From positions 1 to 64,000 of the forward strand of contig SDNY01000001.1 of NCBI GenBank assembly GCA_004524535.1: a DNA stretch of 64,000 bases, read 5' to 3'. The notes under the pieces are model-generated. The model searched no databases and was not told where the DNA came from. It saw only the letters and a list, made by a program, of their open reading frames with translations. This stretch comes from Promethearchaeota archaeon (lineage in GTDB: Archaea > Asgardarchaeota > Lokiarchaeia > Sigyniarchaeales > SOKP01). Numbering within the stretch: the first letter of the stretch is position 1; each line of letters starts with the position of its first letter. Positions 59,697 to 64,000 of the stretch are shown piece after piece. Position numbers and translations under genes: made by a program.

Positions 59697-59767
59697 ACTA
59701 ACTTTTTTAATTCAATTAAATTTCTTGACTATAAAAAAAAGATAAAAATAAAAGCAAAAAAAAGGAT

Positions 59768-60286
59768 TTATTCTATTTCAGCCCCACATGCACCGCAAAA
59801 TGTTTCTATCCCATCCAGTTTCACACCACAATTTGGGCAAAACTTTTTCTCCCCGTTTGTAGTTGGGGGTTTTTCCAATGGAGCGGATTCTACTGGTTCT
59901 ACTTCTATTTTTTGTGGTGGTGCAAATTGAGGTTCTGCACCATGCTTGATAGTAATCTCACTATAAATTATACTCCAAATTTTTAGTTCGGAGACCTTAA
60001 TTCCGTGAGTTGGACAATTCAGGCGAATTAATGTCCACGGTCCTGACACTCTTAAATTATGCACTGGTGCTTGTTGTCCACATTTTATACAACGGAAAAC
60101 ACCATCATGAAGAAGATGAGAAACAACATCTTTTCGCATTATAGGAATTTTAATTACTCTCCCTCCATGGGTTGGACATTTTTGTTTTATGATCATTTGA
60201 GTTCCTGCAAGTTTTACTAAATAAATAGAACCAAAACTACTACACTTTGGACACTTAAACAACATAGAATAATCTGGTTCAGCCAT
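59768..60286 (-). CDS. Multi-zinc-finger protein (two CxxC...CPTHG units and a C-terminal ribbon)
   Basis: CPKC...CPTHG; CIKC...CPTHG; FCPNCG...FCGACG. Confidence 0.75.
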   Translation of the reverse strand: MAEPDYSMLFKCPKCSSFGSIYLVKLAGTQMIIKQKCPTHGGRVIKIPIMRKDVVSHLLHDGVFRCIKCGQQAPVHNLRVSGPWTLIRLNCPTHGIKVSELKIWSIIYSEITIKHGAEPQFAPPQKIEVEPVESAPLEKPPTTNGEKKFCPNCGVKLDGIETFCGACGAEIE

Positions 60287-60405
60287 TAAAAATTCTCTCC
60301 ATATTTAATTTATTATAATAAAAAGTAATAGATAATATTCCTTTAAATTTTTTATCACATAATAAAAATAAAATGATATAATAATTGGTCAAAAGAAAAT
60401 TTGAA

Positions 60406-60534
60406 TTAATTAATTTCTTCCCCACAGACGCCACAGAATTTCTCGGACCCAACTAGACCTGTTCTACAACTTGGGCAAAATTTATATATATTGTTTTTAT
60501 TAGATTTGTTTAATTCTATTACCTTCCGATACAT
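60406..60534 (-). CDS. 42-aa zinc-ribbon mini-protein or remnant; not in the ORF track
   Basis: MYRKVIELNKSNKNNIYKFCPSCRTGLVGSEKFCGVCGEEIN*, similar to the C-terminus of 59768-60286. Confidence 0.5.
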   Translation of the reverse strand: MYRKVIELNKSNKNNIYKFCPSCRTGLVGSEKFCGVCGEEIN

Positions 60535-60708
60535 ATACGACCATAAGGAATATGGAAAGATTAAATCCGGGAATCCAAAAAGACGAAATAAATTTGGTCT
60601 TAGAGGTTATTGATAAATTTATCAATTGGGATTTGTTATGTAGTTAATTTTTTTCATATCTCTTTTTTAATTTCGTAATACAAGAACAAAATATTATAAA
60701 TAAGGAAT
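60521..60708 (+). repeat. Right copy of the direct repeat (orphan 3' end of the Pta-like gene)
   Basis: Encodes PSDTYTTIRNMERLNPGIQKDEINLVLEVIDKFINWDLLCS* vs PSDTYTTIRNIERLKPGIQKDEIHLVLDVIDKFINWDLLFN*. Confidence 0.9.
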
Positions 60709-60738
60709 AATTTATTAGATCCTTTTTTTATTACTTAA

Positions 60739-61038
60739 TTGAGGTTATATAATAATATGATGAAAACGGATGCTATAAACGATTCAACGGAAAAAGCAGT
60801 GAAAAGCTTCGATAATATAAAAAAAGCTCTAAAAGGTTTGATGGAAATTGCAAGAATAAGTGCTCCAACCGAAAACGACCTTTATTTTAAATTAACCTTA
60901 GATAATATTGTCGTTCTGTATGGTAATATTATAGATTTAATTACAAACGATAGCGGGATAAAACAACTAAAGAAAAAGTTGCATGATTTAGAAATAAGCA
61001 AAAAAACTCCCCTTAAGTTTTTAGAAAGCAACGATTGA
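60739..61038 (+). CDS. Hypothetical helical protein
   Basis: 99-aa ORF with protein-like composition. Confidence 0.6.
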   Translation: MRLYNNMMKTDAINDSTEKAVKSFDNIKKALKGLMEIARISAPTENDLYFKLTLDNIVVLYGNIIDLITNDSGIKQLKKKLHDLEISKKTPLKFLESND

Positions 61039-61060
61039 AACGCATTTTAAAAATACTTAT

Positions 61061-61687
61061 TTATTTCAAAACTTTTTTAGTTTCCATATACCAAAGGTAC
61101 AAATCAAGTTCAGCCAAGTTAAACCCTAATCTTTCGGCTATATCTTTTAATAATTCCTCAATTTCCAAATATTTCTTTTTTGTCATTGTTTTTGGTTTTT
61201 CAATTAAACCATGTTTGACTAAGAGATCTATGATGTGAAAATCAACAATCGCATAGTTATCAAATCCAATATTTCTTAAAAAATGGCTTGCTTCCTTATA
61301 TCCTATTCCTTTTATATTACTAACAATCCATTCCCTCAGCATATTTCCGTTTTTATTAGACTTTATTCTTTTATTCAATTCTTCCTTATTACATCTCGCT
61401 TCAACGATGTATTTGGACCGTATATTAGGAAAACGATACCCAAGCTCTTTAAATTTATTCGTTAATTGATATTGTGAAAGATTTAAGAAATCATCTCCTA
61501 TATTTTCATGAATTTCGATACATTTTTCTGCACTGCAGTTTGCTGTCATGATACAAAAACAGAGTTCTGTGAATATTTTATCTGAAGCTTTGTCTTTGAT
61601 TTCTGAGAATTCGGCTATTCTTGTATTGACTAAATTATTTATTCCGCTTTTTTTCAGTTTTTCTAAAGAAGTCAATAACTCTTTCAT
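61061..61687 (-). CDS. ogg: 8-oxoguanine DNA glycosylase/AP lyase (Ogg2 type)
   Basis: ELCFCIMTAN, GYRFPN.R, KGIGYKEASHFLRN, DLYLWY.ET.KVLK. Confidence 0.92.
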   Translation of the reverse strand: MKELLTSLEKLKKSGINNLVNTRIAEFSEIKDKASDKIFTELCFCIMTANCSAEKCIEIHENIGDDFLNLSQYQLTNKFKELGYRFPNIRSKYIVEARCNKEELNKRIKSNKNGNMLREWIVSNIKGIGYKEASHFLRNIGFDNYAIVDFHIIDLLVKHGLIEKPKTMTKKKYLEIEELLKDIAERLGFNLAELDLYLWYMETKKVLK

Positions 61688-61820
61688 TTTTTCTGGTAAT
61701 TAATCATAATTTAAAATAAAAACTGTTTAATCATATAAGTCAAGAAATATATTTTCACGAAATAAATTTAATTGATTATATTTTATTTTATAATATATTT
61801 ATTAAAAGGGATGAATTATA

Positions 61821-62828
61821 ATGAGTTCCCGAAAAAGTAAAGTAATTGTCCTTGGTTCATTAGCTTTTGATTATATCATGAGTTTTGAAGAAAACATTTG
61901 CAATGCTGTATCTATGGATCATGAGAAAGGTGAATTTCAATCCACGATAACAGCATGTGCCCGTATTAAACATTTTGGAGGCACAGCAGGAAATATAGCT
62001 TATAATCTGGGTCTTCTGAATATTGCTAGCGTAAGTTTAGTTGGTGCTGTAGGACCTGATTTTGACCAATTAGGGTATAAGGAACATATACAAAAATTTG
62101 AAAATATTAGTCTTGGAATTGAGGTTCATGAGGATTTATTTACTGCTGCGTGCTATATTGTGAATGATGTGAAAGCAAATCAGATGATAATTTTTCATGG
62201 TGGTGCTCTTGATAAATGCAAAGATATCGATTTAAATGAAAAAATTGGAGATCCTCAAGAATATGCTTATGCAATAAATTCAACTCAGAGTGTGGAAGCT
62301 ATGGAGTGTTTTTCAGATCAATTATTCTCATTAAGAATTCCCATGATATTCGATCCTGGACAAGTAACTCCTTTATTTCCTAAGGACTTACTTATAGAGA
62401 TAATAAAAAAATCGTATATTCTAATTGGAAATAAATATGAAATTAATCAGATTACTAAAAAAACGGGAATGACAGAGGATGATCTAATCTCTCATGTCAA
62501 AGCGATTATTAGGACCAAAGGTGATGAAGGTTCAGAATTGATTTATAAGGATGAATCGGACGCAATATTTAAAAATGAAATACCTATTTGTAAACCTGAA
62601 AAAGCTATTCAAGAAACAACAGGTGCGGGAGATGGATATAGGGCAGGTCTCTTATCTGGACTGATTTTGAACATGACTCTACTTGACTCTTGTCGATTAG
62701 GAGCGGTAATTGGATCATTTGTGATTGAAACTCAAGGAGCCCAAACACAAAAATACACGATAAATAACGTACGGAAACGTTTCTTTAATGCGTATGGGTA
62801 TATGCCTCAAGAATTAGAGGGTTTGTAA
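61821..62828 (+). CDS. PfkB-family carbohydrate/nucleoside kinase
   Basis: GSLAFD, GGTAGNIAY, FDPGQ, TGAGDGYRAG. Confidence 0.9.
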   Translation: MSSRKSKVIVLGSLAFDYIMSFEENICNAVSMDHEKGEFQSTITACARIKHFGGTAGNIAYNLGLLNIASVSLVGAVGPDFDQLGYKEHIQKFENISLGIEVHEDLFTAACYIVNDVKANQMIIFHGGALDKCKDIDLNEKIGDPQEYAYAINSTQSVEAMECFSDQLFSLRIPMIFDPGQVTPLFPKDLLIEIIKKSYILIGNKYEINQITKKTGMTEDDLISHVKAIIRTKGDEGSELIYKDESDAIFKNEIPICKPEKAIQETTGAGDGYRAGLLSGLILNMTLLDSCRLGAVIGSFVIETQGAQTQKYTINNVRKRFFNAYGYMPQELEGL

Positions 62829-62917
62829 TGTTCTAATTTCCTGAGAGAAAAAATAGAAAAATCATAGTTAATTCTTTTAATCCATCAACTTTTAAAAAAG
62901 AATAGATTTCAGGACAA

Positions 62918-63739
62918 TTATATGTCCCAAACTTCTGATTTTAATAAGTGTTCGATGCGAGTTTTCCTTGGTCTGACAAATTTCGTTCGACCTTCTCTGC
63001 GTTCCAGTAATAGTGATTTTTCTAAAGTTATTGAATTTACCAACTGGACTTCTAAATCACCCTCATTAAGGATAATATGATTAAAGCTTGGACTTTCGTC
63101 TGCTCGAACTTTATCAGATGTAGACGTTCCACAATAAAGAAAAGTTGTTGGACCAATTACATAGGCATGTGGAATATGTTTATGTCCCATTATAACTAAA
63201 TCAATTTTAAATAATAGGGCCAATTCGATTAATTCACCTGCATCCACGAGTGTAGTTTGTTTACGACCGCTGTATGGTACGGCAATCGCATGGTGATGCA
63301 TTGCAATAACTCTATTCTCATAATCTACATTCAGCATACGCCCTAAATAATCCAATTGTTCATCTCCAAGCTCTCCTACACTTAGATCATCCTTAGCGCT
63401 GCAGACTCCAACAATAATGGTTTTTTTCTTTTCAAGAACCAATTTCGACCTTCTAGGACCAATAAATTTCTCAAAAAAGATCATTCCATTATTTTTGGCA
63501 TCATGATTCCCGGGAACCGCCAAAAAATTCTGCGTATGTTCTTTAATTCTTTGTATATAAGGAACGATCTTTTGATATTGGGTAAAACGCCCTTTATGAA
63601 CGATATCTCCCGTTAAGACCACGGCGTCTGGCTTATTATCTTTAACATATTGAGCAACATTATCAAAATATGAATCCCTAAATTCAGATCCATAGTGTAA
63701 ATCTGAGATTTGCAAGATCGACACCATATTATTTTTCAC
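62918..63739 (-). CDS. Calcineurin-like metallophosphoesterase (Icc/CpdA-like)
   Basis: SDLH, TGD, PGNHD, MHHH, GHKH. Confidence 0.92.
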   Translation of the reverse strand: MKNNMVSILQISDLHYGSEFRDSYFDNVAQYVKDNKPDAVVLTGDIVHKGRFTQYQKIVPYIQRIKEHTQNFLAVPGNHDAKNNGMIFFEKFIGPRRSKLVLEKKKTIIVGVCSAKDDLSVGELGDEQLDYLGRMLNVDYENRVIAMHHHAIAVPYSGRKQTTLVDAGELIELALLFKIDLVIMGHKHIPHAYVIGPTTFLYCGTSTSDKVRADESPSFNHIILNEGDLEVQLVNSITLEKSLLLERREGRTKFVRPRKTRIEHLLKSEVWDI

Positions 63740-64000
63740 CTAATCTGTAATTAATATTACTTAATATATCATTAAAATATAAAGTTATAAAACTTCTGCA
63801 ATAATTATTGATTTTTCTTCTTTTTTTTTAAATTTCTTATTTCTCTAGAGAGGATTTATATATTATATTGCATTTTTTCATAAGGGATAATGTAAGAATT
63901 TTAGAATTTTAATAATAAATTCTTAGAAAAGGTTATGGGAAACAAATTAAAAAATAATTTTAATTTAGATATTGAACTTAAAAAATTGAAGATTCCGCCA

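Noticed and set aside
1-64000. CRISPR array, tRNA, rRNA, transposase or integrase
   Set aside because: No regularly spaced repeats, cloverleaf or rRNA-like GC-rich stretch, and no DDE, HUH or tyrosine/serine recombinase motifs recognised by eye

Overview
Very AT-rich archaeal DNA. Gene content and style (vhuGAU-hdrCB, ADP-forming acyl-CoA synthetase, many zinc-ribbon/HEAT proteins, eukaryote-like SECIS) point to an Asgard archaeon of the Lokiarchaeia/Promethearchaeota type; this assignment is inference. The left third is core anaerobic metabolism: acetyl-CoA transferase-GNAT, class I aldolase, a group-3 [NiFe(Se)] hydrogenase with an unannotated UGA-containing selenopeptide VhuU and SECIS, HdrCB, HypC, CooC, ACD and a Pta-like protein. 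About 24.2-60.5 kb is an accessory island bracketed by a ~190-bp direct repeat of the Pta-like gene's 3' end. It carries (i) a compact six-gene minus-strand cluster: U32 Fe-S protein, SCP2 lipid carrier, soluble ABBA aromatic prenyltransferase, B12-radical SAM and two radical SAM/SPASM enzymes. Four of these share the same ~80-aa DUF2621/PCP_red-like helical domain. This is the best candidate for an undescribed system, an O2-independent prenylated-aromatic (quinone-like) metabolon. It also carries (ii) a lipid/glycolipid-tailoring region with six more B12-radical SAM enzymes, two LuxE-like acyl-protein synthetases, a CDP-alcohol phosphotransferase and glycosyltransferases. Three separate cargo segments in the window are flanked by duplicated gene ends, with no integrase visible. 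No rRNA, tRNA or CRISPR array was recognised. All product calls come from motif recognition by eye, not database searches.
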